This document shows positions 39,010 through 48,062 of a stretch of DNA of 64,000 bases, piece by piece. The stretch lies in assembly GCA_964620805.1 (NCBI GenBank), contig CAZUJQ010000001.1:7618-71617 (forward strand), given 5' to 3'. The position numbers and the translations under genes were made by a program. Every line of letters starts with the position of its first letter. The first letter of the stretch is position 1. The notes beneath the pieces are model-generated. The model was not told the origin of the DNA, searched no databases, and saw nothing but the letters and a program-made list of their open reading frames with translations. Origin of the DNA: an uncultured Planctomycetales bacterium. Lineage in GTDB: Bacteria > Omnitrophota > Gorgyraeia > Zapsychrales > JAHFFX01.

Positions 39010-39023
39010 AAGAGGCTAAAGCC

Positions 39024-39344
39024 ATGTCCGTCCTTACGCAAGAACACGACATTAAAAAGGAGATTAGAGGCTACATCCTGGTCTTCGTGGTCCTGGGGAT
39101 TTTGACGGTCATAACCGTTACCATAAGCCGCCTGCATCTTCCGGTTGCGCCAGCGATTGTCCTCGCCCTTTTTATTGCCACCATCAAAGGGACGCTGGTG
39201 GCGTGTTATTTCATGCATCTTATTTCCGAGCGAAAATTGATTTACGCCCTTTTGATTATGACGGTCATCTTTTTCTCTGGTCTTTTGGGGCTGACCATCT
39301 TAGGATATTACGATCATTTGGTCGGAATCTCTCGTGTCTCTTAA
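39024..39344 (+). CDS. Cytochrome c oxidase subunit IV family protein
   Basis: IATIKGTLVACYFMHLISE. Confidence 0.88.
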   Translation: MSVLTQEHDIKKEIRGYILVFVVLGILTVITVTISRLHLPVAPAIVLALFIATIKGTLVACYFMHLISERKLIYALLIMTVIFFSGLLGLTILGYYDHLVGISRVS

Positions 39345-39534
39345 AACCTTTCATATTATTTTTATCGTGTGCTCGATCCTCCTATCGTTCGGATACGGGG
39401 TATGGGCGTTTTTGTTTTACCAAGAGACGCAAGCCTCCCTTTATTTGGCCATGGGAGGGTTGTCGGTTGTCCTGGGTTTGGCGTTGATCGTCTATAGCAC
39501 AAGCATCATCAGGAAATTGTTTGCGAAATGTTAA
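39334..39534 (+). CDS. Small two-TM protein in cox operon
   Basis: MSLKTFHIIFI start, two hydrophobic helices, overlaps both neighbours. Confidence 0.65.
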   Translation: MSLKTFHIIFIVCSILLSFGYGVWAFLFYQETQASLYLAMGGLSVVLGLALIVYSTSIIRKLFAKC

Positions 39535-39779
39535 GAGGGATTTTGACAAGGTTTGGTATCGCGGTCTTCGCTGGGAGTCTTTTCCTTTCAGGAAAGACTG
39601 TCTATGGGTGCTCTGTTTGTTTTGTGCCGCAAGATTCGCCCTCTTCGCTGGCGGTGATTATGGGGGTGGTGACGTTGTTGGTCGTTCTCTTAGGGGTTTT
39701 ATGGTCTTTCACGGTGTTTTTTTTACGAGTGAGGAAGAGACAAACGGATATCAGAGAATCAGCAGACTGGGTCACATGA
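39528..39779 (+). CDS. Small membrane protein with CxxC after signal peptide
   Basis: GCSVCF motif then TM; last 10 residues and stop derive from downstream element. Confidence 0.6.
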   Translation: MLRGILTRFGIAVFAGSLFLSGKTVYGCSVCFVPQDSPSSLAVIMGVVTLLVVLLGVLWSFTVFFLRVRKRQTDIRESADWVT

Positions 39780-39915
39780 AACAATGGTGGAGTGAATTTG
39801 TCATTGCGAGGAACGAAGTGACGAAGCAATCCCATCAAAAGAGATTGCTTCGCCCCTACGGGGCTCGCAATGACACTAAAAAATCCCATGTGACCCAGTC
39901 TGCTGATTTCCTGAT
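39750..39915. mobile_element. MITE-like element with ~29-bp TIR around a GTCATTGCGAG core
   Basis: atcagagaatcagcagactgggtcacatg / catgtgacccagtctgctgatttcctgat (27/29 match). Confidence 0.82.
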
Positions 39916-39952
39916 CACCGTTTTAAAATGTTATTGAATTAGGGAGTAAGTA

Positions 39953-40717
39953 ATGCCAGGTTTGCCCATTAATGCCTCGGCCCACGGCTACGAGATCGAT
40001 CGGCTGATTCTTCTTTTGCATCTTTTGATGCTGGTCCTCTTTGTGGGATGGGGGATCTTTTTTACGGTGACGGTCTTGCGGTTTCGCCGATCGCGCCATC
40101 CCAAGGCTGATTATCGCGGGATCAAGGGCCACTTGCCGGATGCCATTGAATGGGCGGTGGCGGCCATTGAGATTCTTTTATTGGCGGGGTTCTCGATCCC
40201 TTTCTGGGCCAGGCAGGTCAATGCCTTTCCCAACCGAAAAGATGCCTTGGAGATCCGGGTGGTGGCGGAACAATTTGCCTGGAATATCCATTATCCTGGT
40301 AAAGATGGGATCTTTGGAAAAACCAACATCGCTTTGATGGATAACCAATCCAATCCCTTGGGATTGGATTGGAACGATCCGCATGCCAAGGATGATTTCA
40401 CAACGATCAATAACTTGCATCTTCCCATTGGAAGACCGGCTGTAATCCATTTGACGTCTAAAGATGTCATGCATAGTTTTAGTTTACCGGTGATGCGCAT
40501 CAAACAGGATGTGATTCCGGGATTCAGTATTCCGACATGGTTTATTCCCACCAAAACCGGAAATTTTGAGATTGCCTGTGCCCAACTGTGTGGATTGAAT
40601 CATTATCGGATGAAGGGATTTTTGATCATTCATGGCCCTAAGGAATACGAGAAATGGGTTGAAGAGCAAGCAAGCCAAGAGGCCTCTTCCGGTGAGGGAG
40701 AGGATTTTTGGAATTGA
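39953..40717 (+). CDS. Cytochrome c oxidase subunit II
   Basis: Two TMs, QFAWNIHY, SKDVMHSF, CuA motif CAQLCGLNHYRM. Confidence 0.93.
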   Translation: MPGLPINASAHGYEIDRLILLLHLLMLVLFVGWGIFFTVTVLRFRRSRHPKADYRGIKGHLPDAIEWAVAAIEILLLAGFSIPFWARQVNAFPNRKDALEIRVVAEQFAWNIHYPGKDGIFGKTNIALMDNQSNPLGLDWNDPHAKDDFTTINNLHLPIGRPAVIHLTSKDVMHSFSLPVMRIKQDVIPGFSIPTWFIPTKTGNFEIACAQLCGLNHYRMKGFLIIHGPKEYEKWVEEQASQEASSGEGEDFWN

Positions 40718-40813
40718 GCCCTCGGGGAGTTATTTCCGCTAGAGGCGGATCAGCCTTTGGCTGAAGACTACCTTACCCGAGGGCTCATCCTGCCCGCCCC
40801 GGCAAGCCGGAAC

Positions 40814-40839
40814 GGCGGGTCGGGTTACCCGCCTTTTTT
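40814..40839 (+). terminator. Putative intrinsic terminator after cox2
   Basis: ggcgggt-cgggtt-acccgcc then tttttt. Confidence 0.55.
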
Positions 40840-40848
40840 CAATCCATT

Positions 40849-41859
40849 ATGATTTTTAGAAAACCCAATTCCTTCTTGAGCTTTTTTTCAAAACTCGTCT
40901 GTTTTTCCACGCTCTTTTTGATTTTTGTTGGTGGGCTGGTCACCAGCACGGGTTCCGGTTTAGCGGTTCCGGATTGGCCCTTGTCGTACGGTAGCCTATT
41001 CCCTCCCATGGTGGGAGGAGTCTTTTATGAACATGGGCACCGCATGGTGGCGGCCACGGTTGGTTTTTTTATGCTGATTTTAACAGTGGCGCTTACGCGA
41101 TGGGAGAAACGTCGGTGGGTCCGCGTCTTGGGATGGGCTGCCTTCGGCGTGGTCGTTCTTCAAGGCCTTTTGGGCGGGATCACGGTCAAATTTTTTTTAC
41201 CGACACCAGTTTCCGTTTTTCACGGGGTCTTGGCCCAAACATTTTTTATCTTGACGATTATCATTGCCTACAGTCAGTCTGGCGAGCGTCTTGTCCGTGA
41301 AGATGAGGATTCCCGCGTCTCAGAGGTCTTAGAGCGTCCCGGGTATTTCTTTGTAGGAATACTGGGATTGACAATCCTAGTGTATGTCCAGCTCATCATT
41401 GCCGCTGTTATGCGCCACACGCACTCGGGACTGGCGATTCCGGATTTCCCGACCATGGGAGGACATCTTATTCCGCCTTTTAATGAGGCCATGCTGCACA
41501 CGATCAATGACTGGCGGTTTGATTGGGATCTGGAGGCCGCCCAGATGTGGCAGGTTAAAATCCATTTTTTGCACCGGCTGTTGGCAGGGATGATCGCTTG
41601 CTGTGTTTTGTATTTGACCTCGCAGGCGTTCAAATATTATTCCCAAGATGTTCGTATCCTTAGATCTGCCCTGATGCTCGATCTTCTGGTGATCACCCAA
41701 ATAGGACTGGGGATCACCACGGTTTTGAGTCGAAAGGCGCCATACATAACCAGCTTTCATGTGGTTTGCGGGGCGGTGGTCTTGGGAATGAGCATTTTGT
41801 CGGTATTGCGCGCTTCTCCTCTGAAATTTCGGCATTTTAGAGATCTCATCACAAAGTAA
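40849..41859 (+). CDS. ctaA: Heme A synthase (COX15/CtaA)
   Basis: GGLVTSTGSGLAVPDWP, EHGHR, QGLLGG, HFLHR. Confidence 0.88.
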   Translation: MIFRKPNSFLSFFSKLVCFSTLFLIFVGGLVTSTGSGLAVPDWPLSYGSLFPPMVGGVFYEHGHRMVAATVGFFMLILTVALTRWEKRRWVRVLGWAAFGVVVLQGLLGGITVKFFLPTPVSVFHGVLAQTFFILTIIIAYSQSGERLVREDEDSRVSEVLERPGYFFVGILGLTILVYVQLIIAAVMRHTHSGLAIPDFPTMGGHLIPPFNEAMLHTINDWRFDWDLEAAQMWQVKIHFLHRLLAGMIACCVLYLTSQAFKYYSQDVRILRSALMLDLLVITQIGLGITTVLSRKAPYITSFHVVCGAVVLGMSILSVLRASPLKFRHFRDLITK

Positions 41860-41877
41860 GAGGATCTTTTTCTTATC

Positions 41878-42744
41878 ATGATCAATAAAACCTCTCTTTC
41901 GGCTTATATTGAATTGACCAAGCCCCGGATCCTGGCCTTGATTTTGGTCACGACCACCATCGGCTTTTTTTTAGGAGGCCAGGGAATCGTTTCTGTTGTC
42001 AAGCTGTTGGTGACACTCACCGGAGCGGCGTTGGTTTGTGCCGGGGCCTCCAGCCTGAATGAATACCTCGAACGAGAAGAAGACAGCCGAATGGAGCGGA
42101 CCAAAAATCGTCCGATTCCCCGGAGGATCATTTCGGCCAACGGGGCTTTGAATTATGGGATTCTTTTGGTTCTAGCCGGTGTCCTCACCTTGGGATACGG
42201 TGTGAATCTTTTAACCGCCTTCCTAGGGCTTTTAACCGCGTTTCTTTATGTCTTGGTGTATACACCGCTAAAGAAATTTAGTTGGCTGAATACCTCGATC
42301 GGAGCCATCCCCGGAGCGATTCCACCCATGGGAGGCTGGGCCGCGGCAACCGGCACACTGGACACCGGCGCCTGGATTTTATTTATGATCCTTTTTTTGT
42401 GGCAGCATCCCCATTTTTATGCGATTGCCTGGATGTGCAGGGAAGATTACCAAAAGGCGGGATTTAAGATGCTGCCAACCGTTGAGCCGGAGGGGAGGCG
42501 TACGTTTCGGCACATCCGGCTTTTTTCCCTTTTATTGATTTTCGTTTCCCTTCTTCCGAGCCTGATTGGGATGTCCGGCCCATTTTATTGTTATGGGGCC
42601 TTAGGCTTGGGAGTGGCGTTGTTTCTAGTGGGGAGGGGGTTTGCGTTTTCCAAAACCATAGAGGATGCCCGCAAGCTGCTTAAGGCCTCGGTCATTTATC
42701 TTCCGATTCTTTTATTCTTGATCATTTTGGATGTTTCGTTTTAA
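41878..42744 (+). CDS. cyoE: Heme O synthase (protoheme IX farnesyltransferase)
   Basis: LTKPRI, DSRMERTKNRPIP, YTPLK, WQHPHF, DYQKAG. Confidence 0.93.
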   Translation: MINKTSLSAYIELTKPRILALILVTTTIGFFLGGQGIVSVVKLLVTLTGAALVCAGASSLNEYLEREEDSRMERTKNRPIPRRIISANGALNYGILLVLAGVLTLGYGVNLLTAFLGLLTAFLYVLVYTPLKKFSWLNTSIGAIPGAIPPMGGWAAATGTLDTGAWILFMILFLWQHPHFYAIAWMCREDYQKAGFKMLPTVEPEGRRTFRHIRLFSLLLIFVSLLPSLIGMSGPFYCYGALGLGVALFLVGRGFAFSKTIEDARKLLKASVIYLPILLFLIILDVSF

Positions 42745-42769
42745 CTAAAAATTTCTTGGTTAAGCACCT

Positions 42770-43363
42770 ATGACATCAAGAAAGATCGTTTTTCTCGCCT
42801 TAATTTTAGCGACCATTTTGTCCGCAGGATTTTTTGTCTTTCTTTTCCAACGCGAGGCCCAAATCCGTCCCTTGCCGATTTTAGGAGGGGTCCAGGATTT
42901 TCTTTTGTACGACGCCCACGGACAAGAGGTCACCTTGGAAAGCTTGAAGGGAAAGATTTGGGTGGCGGATTTTATATTCACCACGTGCAGCGGCATTTGT
43001 CCTGTCATGACCGGTCATATGCTTAGCCTTCATCGTAGCTTCCTCTTGGATGATAACGTGCGCATGGTTTCCTTTTCCGTCAACCCCGAGCAGGATTCTC
43101 CGGAGGTTCTGGCCCAGTATGCCAAAAAGTATAAGGTGGATTTCCGCAAATGGCATTTTTTAACCGGCGACCCTCAGGTGATCCAAAAATTATCCCTCGA
43201 AAGCTTTAAAATAGGCTCTGTCAAGGAGCCAATCTTTCATAGCGACCGTTTTGTCCTGGTCGATTTTCAAGCCAGAATCCGCGGTTATTATGAAGGGACC
43301 TCAAAAAACAAGATTAATCTTCTGTTCCGAGACATCGCACGCCTTCTGAAAGAAAGAATCTAG
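42770..43363 (+). CDS. SCO family copper chaperone
   Basis: FIFTTCSGICP, NPEQDSPEVL, HSDRFVLVD. Confidence 0.92.
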   Translation: MTSRKIVFLALILATILSAGFFVFLFQREAQIRPLPILGGVQDFLLYDAHGQEVTLESLKGKIWVADFIFTTCSGICPVMTGHMLSLHRSFLLDDNVRMVSFSVNPEQDSPEVLAQYAKKYKVDFRKWHFLTGDPQVIQKLSLESFKIGSVKEPIFHSDRFVLVDFQARIRGYYEGTSKNKINLLFRDIARLLKERI

Positions 43364-43365
43364 GG

Positions 43366-43779
43366 ATGAATATTCACATCCTGCCTTCCCTAAATGCCCT
43401 CCTCAACGGTTTTGCCTTCATCTTTTTATTTTTGGCCTGGCGGGCGATCAAACGCCAAAAACGCGATCTTCACCGGAATTTGATGATATGCGCCTTGATT
43501 TGCTCGGTCGTCTTTCTGATTTCCTATCTCACCTATCATGCGCTGATCGGCGTGACCCGTTATCCGGGACAAGGGCTTTTAAGGACCATTTATTTTCTCA
43601 TCTTGGGAACGCATACCCCTTTAGCCGTGCTTATTCTTCCCTTCATCGGCATGGCCCTCTGGTATGCTTTTAAAAACGATTTTACCAAGCATGTCCGGAT
43701 CACCAAATGGCTTTTGCCGGTCTGGATGTACGTCTCAGTGACCGGCGTTGTGATCTATGTGATGTTGTATGTGTTATAG
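43366..43779 (+). CDS. DUF420 family membrane protein
   Basis: LNALLN, HRNLM, FLISYLTYH, WMYVSVTGV. Confidence 0.88.
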   Translation: MNIHILPSLNALLNGFAFIFLFLAWRAIKRQKRDLHRNLMICALICSVVFLISYLTYHALIGVTRYPGQGLLRTIYFLILGTHTPLAVLILPFIGMALWYAFKNDFTKHVRITKWLLPVWMYVSVTGVVIYVMLYVL

Positions 43780-43801
43780 GGATGAAAGGAATGATGAGGA
43801 G

Positions 43802-43924
43802 CTAAAAGACAAACATCAGGAAAGCGATTCCTAAAAATAAAACAAGGCCAGCCGCGATCGCCAAGACATAAATCATCAATTTGAAACCGTTCGCGCCGGT
43901 GTCGAATTTTAAAATGGTCTTCAT
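43802..43924 (-). CDS. 40-aa single-TM protein (below ORF-track cutoff)
   Basis: MKTILKFDTGANGFKLMIYVLAIAAGLVLFLGIAFLMFVF; ATGA-coupled to upstream small gene. Confidence 0.55.
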   Translation of the reverse strand: MKTILKFDTGANGFKLMIYVLAIAAGLVLFLGIAFLMFVF

Positions 43925-44082
43925 GGCTTCAATAAGAACCTATGAATAATCCAGCCAAACACAAACATCAAGATTCCCGTCACTAACAGCTTATGACTCA
44001 TCAAATTTGGGAAGTTCCTTAAAAAACCTAAGGTGATGACGGTCAACCCTGTGGCTTGAGCGATTTTGGCCAGATAATACAT
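43921..44082 (-). CDS. 53-aa two-TM protein (below ORF-track cutoff)
   Basis: MYYLAKIAQATGLTVITLGFLRNFPNLMSHKLLVTGILMFVFGWIIHRFLLKP; starts 3 nt after upstream stop. Confidence 0.6.
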   Translation of the reverse strand: MYYLAKIAQATGLTVITLGFLRNFPNLMSHKLLVTGILMFVFGWIIHRFLLKP

Positions 44083-44085
44083 GTC

Positions 44086-44562
44086 TTATCGTTTTATGCC
44101 CGCCATCTCCAGCACCAGCTCTGTCGCCTCTTTGAACGAACGGTGCTGAATCAGCACCACCTTTAAGAAATGGAGGAGGCTTCCATAGAAAAGAAGGCCA
44201 TGGCTCCAAAGGGGAAGATGTCGGGTGTCCACGGCCCCTCCCGAGATAAAAAGCGCCATCATCAAGAGGATATTGAAGAGAATCGGCGGATACACGTTCC
44301 GTTTGATTTTCAGGGATCGTTGATTGTAATCCAGCGGGAGCTTTTTCTCCAGAACATATTCCTTGATGCTGACTCCGATCCCGACGAAATAAAAGATAAT
44401 CAGTGTTTCCGTGAAGAGATAAAAAATGATCGTCAGAATCGCGAAGGTGGCGTGGGTGGCCTTAAAGATCATAAAGCCACAATATCCCTGGAGGCCGCTT
44501 AGGATGAGCATACAAAAACTCACCAGCGTAAACACATAGCATAAGATCATGAAAAACCACAT
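44086..44562 (-). CDS. Four-TM hypothetical membrane protein
   Basis: Hydrophobic helices with His residues, SGGAVDT motif. Confidence 0.7.
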   Translation of the reverse strand: MWFFMILCYVFTLVSFCMLILSGLQGYCGFMIFKATHATFAILTIIFYLFTETLIIFYFVGIGVSIKEYVLEKKLPLDYNQRSLKIKRNVYPPILFNILLMMALFISGGAVDTRHLPLWSHGLLFYGSLLHFLKVVLIQHRSFKEATELVLEMAGIKR

Positions 44563-44578
44563 GGGAGATCTTTACTTT

Positions 44579-44710
44579 TGAATAACCAATCACCAAGAAA
44601 CAATAACCAAATAAAATCCAAATTCCAATACTCAATCCCCAATATTTGGTCTTTGGTGATTGGAATATTGGTTATTGTTTGAGATTTGTATCTTGGTCAT
44701 TGGGTATTTC
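44579..44710. repeat. Inverted heptamer array (family of 3575-3713)
   Basis: aataaccaatcaccaagaaacaataaccaaataaaatccaaattcc ... tttggtctttggtgattggaatattggttattgtttg. Confidence 0.85.
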
Positions 44711-44712
44711 TT

Positions 44713-45072
44713 TCATTTTGAATCAGCAACGGGTGGGACATAAGTCTCGGTAATCTTGATATTGAGGTCTTTTTCGACTTTTTCCGTGGGCTCCATCCGA
44801 ATAGCGTCCCAAGTCAAATTTGTGCAAACCCGGGCACAGATTTGGCAGCCAATGCATTCATTGTACCGGATTTGGACGGGGGGAATCGGGATATTGTATT
44901 TCTCTTGAGGGACGACCTCGATACAGTCAACAGGACAAAAAGGGACACAGACCTGGCAGCCCGTGCAATTGGCCTCATCAACCACGGCCATGAGTTTGGG
45001 CCGTTTTTTTTTGCGGCTGATTTTATCCGGGAGATCGGGAATTGTTTTATAGAAATCGGGAGTCGTAGCCAT
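44713..45072 (-). CDS. 4Fe-4S dicluster ferredoxin
   Basis: CTGCQVCVPFCP and CIGCQICARVC. Confidence 0.9.
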   Translation of the reverse strand: MATTPDFYKTIPDLPDKISRKKKRPKLMAVVDEANCTGCQVCVPFCPVDCIEVVPQEKYNIPIPPVQIRYNECIGCQICARVCTNLTWDAIRMEPTEKVEKDLNIKITETYVPPVADSK

Positions 45073-45132
45073 CAGACAATTTCTTCTTACTTAAAAGAGT
45101 GGAAGGAGGTTTGAGGATGGCGGGGTGTGGAT

Positions 45133-45423
45133 TTATTTTTGTGGCCTGTCTTTCGCCAGAGGCTCTTTCTTTTGGGTAATCACAGGAAGCTGGGGGGCTT
45201 TCTCACGGTTGAGGGCGATGTAATTCTTCCATTTCTCAGGGACATCCTCTTCTGTATAGATCGCTTGAACAGGGCATTCGGGAATGCAGGCCCCGCAGTC
45301 AATGCATACCTCGGGATCAATAACAAGCATCTCGGCATCTTCGTGAAAGCAATCCACCGGACAGACCGTCACGCAATCGGTATACCGGCATTTCACACAA
45401 GGTTCTGTTACAATATGCGCCAT
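45133..45423 (-). CDS. FdxA-type (7Fe) ferredoxin
   Basis: [17 protein letters not shown] and [12 protein letters not shown]; RBS GGAGG. Confidence 0.92.
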   Translation of the reverse strand: MAHIVTEPCVKCRYTDCVTVCPVDCFHEDAEMLVIDPEVCIDCGACIPECPVQAIYTEEDVPEKWKNYIALNREKAPQLPVITQKKEPLAKDRPQK

Positions 45424-45529
45424 GCTTAAAACCTCCTCTTCATTTAAGGGTTTGTTAGTAACACGTTAACTGTATCAGAATAGCCTCAAACAGTTGTGAT
45501 TTCAAGCAAATTTTTTTGCAAAAATCTAT

Positions 45530-45558
45530 TTGACACGATAAAATGCGAAAGGTATACT
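45530..45558 (+). promoter_or_regulatory. Near-consensus sigma70 promoter of cold-shock gene
   Basis: TTGACA-17bp-TATACT. Confidence 0.8.
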
Positions 45559-45707
45559 TCCAATAGCATGGAGCTGTTTAAGCAAATGAGGGAATCATCA
45601 AAGGAAATAAGGGTCGTGGGGACTTCTCACCCACGATTTTTTATTTCCCTTCCCTGATTTACCAGGTTTTGAAAGGAATAACTCTTATAAACAGGAGGTA
45701 GTTGCTG

Positions 45708-45908
45708 ATGGCCAAAGGCAAAGTGAAATGGTTTAACAATCAAAAAGGGTATGGTTTTATCACCCCGGAGAATGGCAACGATGTGTTTGTTCATTATTCG
45801 GCTATTCAAGGGGACGGATACAAATCCTTGGAGGAAGGTCAAGAAGTGGAATTTGAGATCGTAAAGGGTGACAAAGGAGAACAAGCCACTAACGTTGTAA
45901 AAAGATAA
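45708..45908 (+). CDS. Cold-shock protein (CspA family)
   Basis: [23 protein letters not shown]; RBS AGGAGG. Confidence 0.96.
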   Translation: MAKGKVKWFNNQKGYGFITPENGNDVFVHYSAIQGDGYKSLEEGQEVEFEIVKGDKGEQATNVVKR

Positions 45909-46099
45909 AGTTGAATTTTAAGCCCCGGAACCCTTGGGATCCTTACATTTACTCCTCGTTCGATTCTCCCTCTCATGTCAGCTCGAGTCTCTCCCCCAAA
46001 GACTTTGAATGAAGACTCTAAACTCAAGGCCTTAATTTTTGAATTTTTGAGAAGGGCCGTTTTTGTATCAGAGAGGGCTTAAAGAAGAGGTCGTGGGCT

Positions 46100-46528
46100 A
46101 TGAATCTATTGGGAGTATCGGCAAGAAAAGAGCAGGCTCTGCGAAGTGAGATGCGCACGCTTGGCGTGAAAGAGGAGGATCTGGAAGAAACCTTTATCCG
46201 CTCTTCCGGTCCCGGTGGACAGAACGTCAACAAGGTTGCCACTTGCGTTTACCTGAAACACCGTAGTACGGGAATCACCGTCAAGTGTCAGCAATCACGT
46301 TCTCAGGGTTTAAATCGGTTTTGGGCCAGGCGGATGCTCTTAGAGTCCCTCCAAAAAAGAAACGAAGCCTTGCGGCAAAAAGAAATCCAGCGTCTGGAAA
46401 AGGAGCGCCGGCAGCGTCGCCCGCGCCATGTAGTATCCCAAGAAAAGATCCTGGAGCACAAACGCCTTCAGGCCAAGAAGAAAAAAAGTCGTCGGCCGAT
46501 TCAAATTCATAAACTTGAGGAAACTTAA
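46100..46528 (+). CDS. Peptide chain release factor-like GGQ protein (ArfB/YaeJ-like)
   Basis: FIRSSGPGGQNVNKVAT, basic C-terminal tail. Confidence 0.85.
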   Translation: MNLLGVSARKEQALRSEMRTLGVKEEDLEETFIRSSGPGGQNVNKVATCVYLKHRSTGITVKCQQSRSQGLNRFWARRMLLESLQKRNEALRQKEIQRLEKERRQRRPRHVVSQEKILEHKRLQAKKKKSRRPIQIHKLEET

Positions 46529-46539
46529 GGAGTGTAAAC

Positions 46540-47031
46540 GTGGAGAGACTTCATCGCTTCCGACGTTCGTACCGCCTGGCTTCCTATCGCGGCATGGTGG
46601 ATGTGAGCGGTAAAAATATAACCAAACGCGTGGCCGTGGCCTCCTCTCAAATCAAAATGAGCCTTGCGGCCTTTAAAAAATTGATTGCTGAAGAGTCTCC
46701 CAAAGGCGATGTTTGGGAAACCGCCAAGATCGCGGCTATAACGGCTGCCAAATCGACCTCTCAGCTTATTCCGTACTGCCATCCACTTTCTTTAAGCTGC
46801 GTAAAGATCCGATTCGAGGTGGACAAACGGCAATGCAGCGTAACCTCCCTTGCCGAGGTGACCGCCTGGGGACCCACCGGTGTGGAAATGGAGGCCTTGA
46901 CAGCTGCTTGCCTGGCGAGTCTGACCATCTACGATATGATGAAGTGGGCGGATAAGGCCATGGCCATCTCGGATGTTATGCTCCTTAAAAAGACTGGCGG
47001 AAAAAGCGGGGATTTCCAAAGGAAGCAATGA
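46540..47031 (+). CDS. moaC: Cyclic pyranopterin monophosphate synthase
   Basis: MVDVSGK, KGDV, LIPYCHPL, TGVEMEAL, KTGGKSG. Confidence 0.94.
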   Translation: MERLHRFRRSYRLASYRGMVDVSGKNITKRVAVASSQIKMSLAAFKKLIAEESPKGDVWETAKIAAITAAKSTSQLIPYCHPLSLSCVKIRFEVDKRQCSVTSLAEVTAWGPTGVEMEALTAACLASLTIYDMMKWADKAMAISDVMLLKKTGGKSGDFQRKQ

Positions 47032-48062
47032 ATCGGTTTGGGATAGGTTTAATAGGTTTTGTCGGTCTTTGGGTTGGTTGTTCCAGATCCCCTTTAAGTT
47101 CGCCGCCCCCTAAATACACCGAGTCCCGGTACCTCATGGGGACCGTGGTCAGCCTTGAGGTCTGTACAAATGATAAGACAAATCCTCCCTTTCAATCCGT
47201 GGTTCAACAGGTATGGGAAAGGCTGGAGGAAATCAACTGGCGGATGAACGTCTTTGATGACAAAAGCGACGTGGCCAAGGTCAACGGTTCGTACGAGAAA
47301 CCCGTCAAAATCGGAGCCGATACCTATCAGGTCATCAAAAATTCGATCCATTTTAATGAGCTGACCTACGGGGCCTTTGATATTACCGTAGGGCCTTTGA
47401 TTAAACTCTGGAAAGATGGCCAAGCCAAAAATATTTTGCCCACCCATGAGGAGGTCTCAGAAGTAAAAAAAGCCTTGGGAAAAGACAAGATTCGTCTTCT
47501 TGCGGACGATCATGTCGAACTCCTGCATGATCAGACAAAGATCGATTTGGGCGGCATCGCCGGTGGCTATGCGGTGGATGAAGCCGTCAGGATTTTTAAG
47601 GCCGCCGGATTTCATGATTTTATGATCGATGAAGGAGGAGATCTTTTCGTAAGCGGCAAAAATTGTGAGGGGAAACCTTGGCATATCGGGATTCGCCATC
47701 CGAGGGATCCTTCAAACATCTTGGAGATATTGGAGCTTCGGGACCAGGCGGTCACGACCTCCGGAGACTATGAGCAATTTTTCGAGATCCAAAATCAGCG
47801 CTGGTCGCATATCATGAATCCCGTCACGGGTTATCCCCAGAAGGGAGTGGTGAGCGCGACCGTGCTTGCGCCGACAACCGAAGAAGCCGATGCGCTGGCC
47901 ACGGCGCTGTGCGTGTTGGATCCCAAGAGAGGGGTGGCTTTAATCGATCGGTTGGGAGAGGGCTTTGCCTGCCTTCTTTTGGAAGAGTCTTCCGCGGGTC
48001 AACTGGTCAGGCATGAAAGCGCAGGCTATAAGCTCTTAAGGGAGAAGGAGTGGGATAAGTGA
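47028..48062 (+). CDS. apbE: FAD:protein FMN transferase lipoprotein
   Basis: Lipobox WVGC, MGT, GAFDITVGPL..LW, DLGGIA, TSGDYE, ADALATA. Confidence 0.92.
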   Translation: MNRFGIGLIGFVGLWVGCSRSPLSSPPPKYTESRYLMGTVVSLEVCTNDKTNPPFQSVVQQVWERLEEINWRMNVFDDKSDVAKVNGSYEKPVKIGADTYQVIKNSIHFNELTYGAFDITVGPLIKLWKDGQAKNILPTHEEVSEVKKALGKDKIRLLADDHVELLHDQTKIDLGGIAGGYAVDEAVRIFKAAGFHDFMIDEGGDLFVSGKNCEGKPWHIGIRHPRDPSNILEILELRDQAVTTSGDYEQFFEIQNQRWSHIMNPVTGYPQKGVVSATVLAPTTEEADALATALCVLDPKRGVALIDRLGEGFACLLLEESSAGQLVRHESAGYKLLREKEWDK

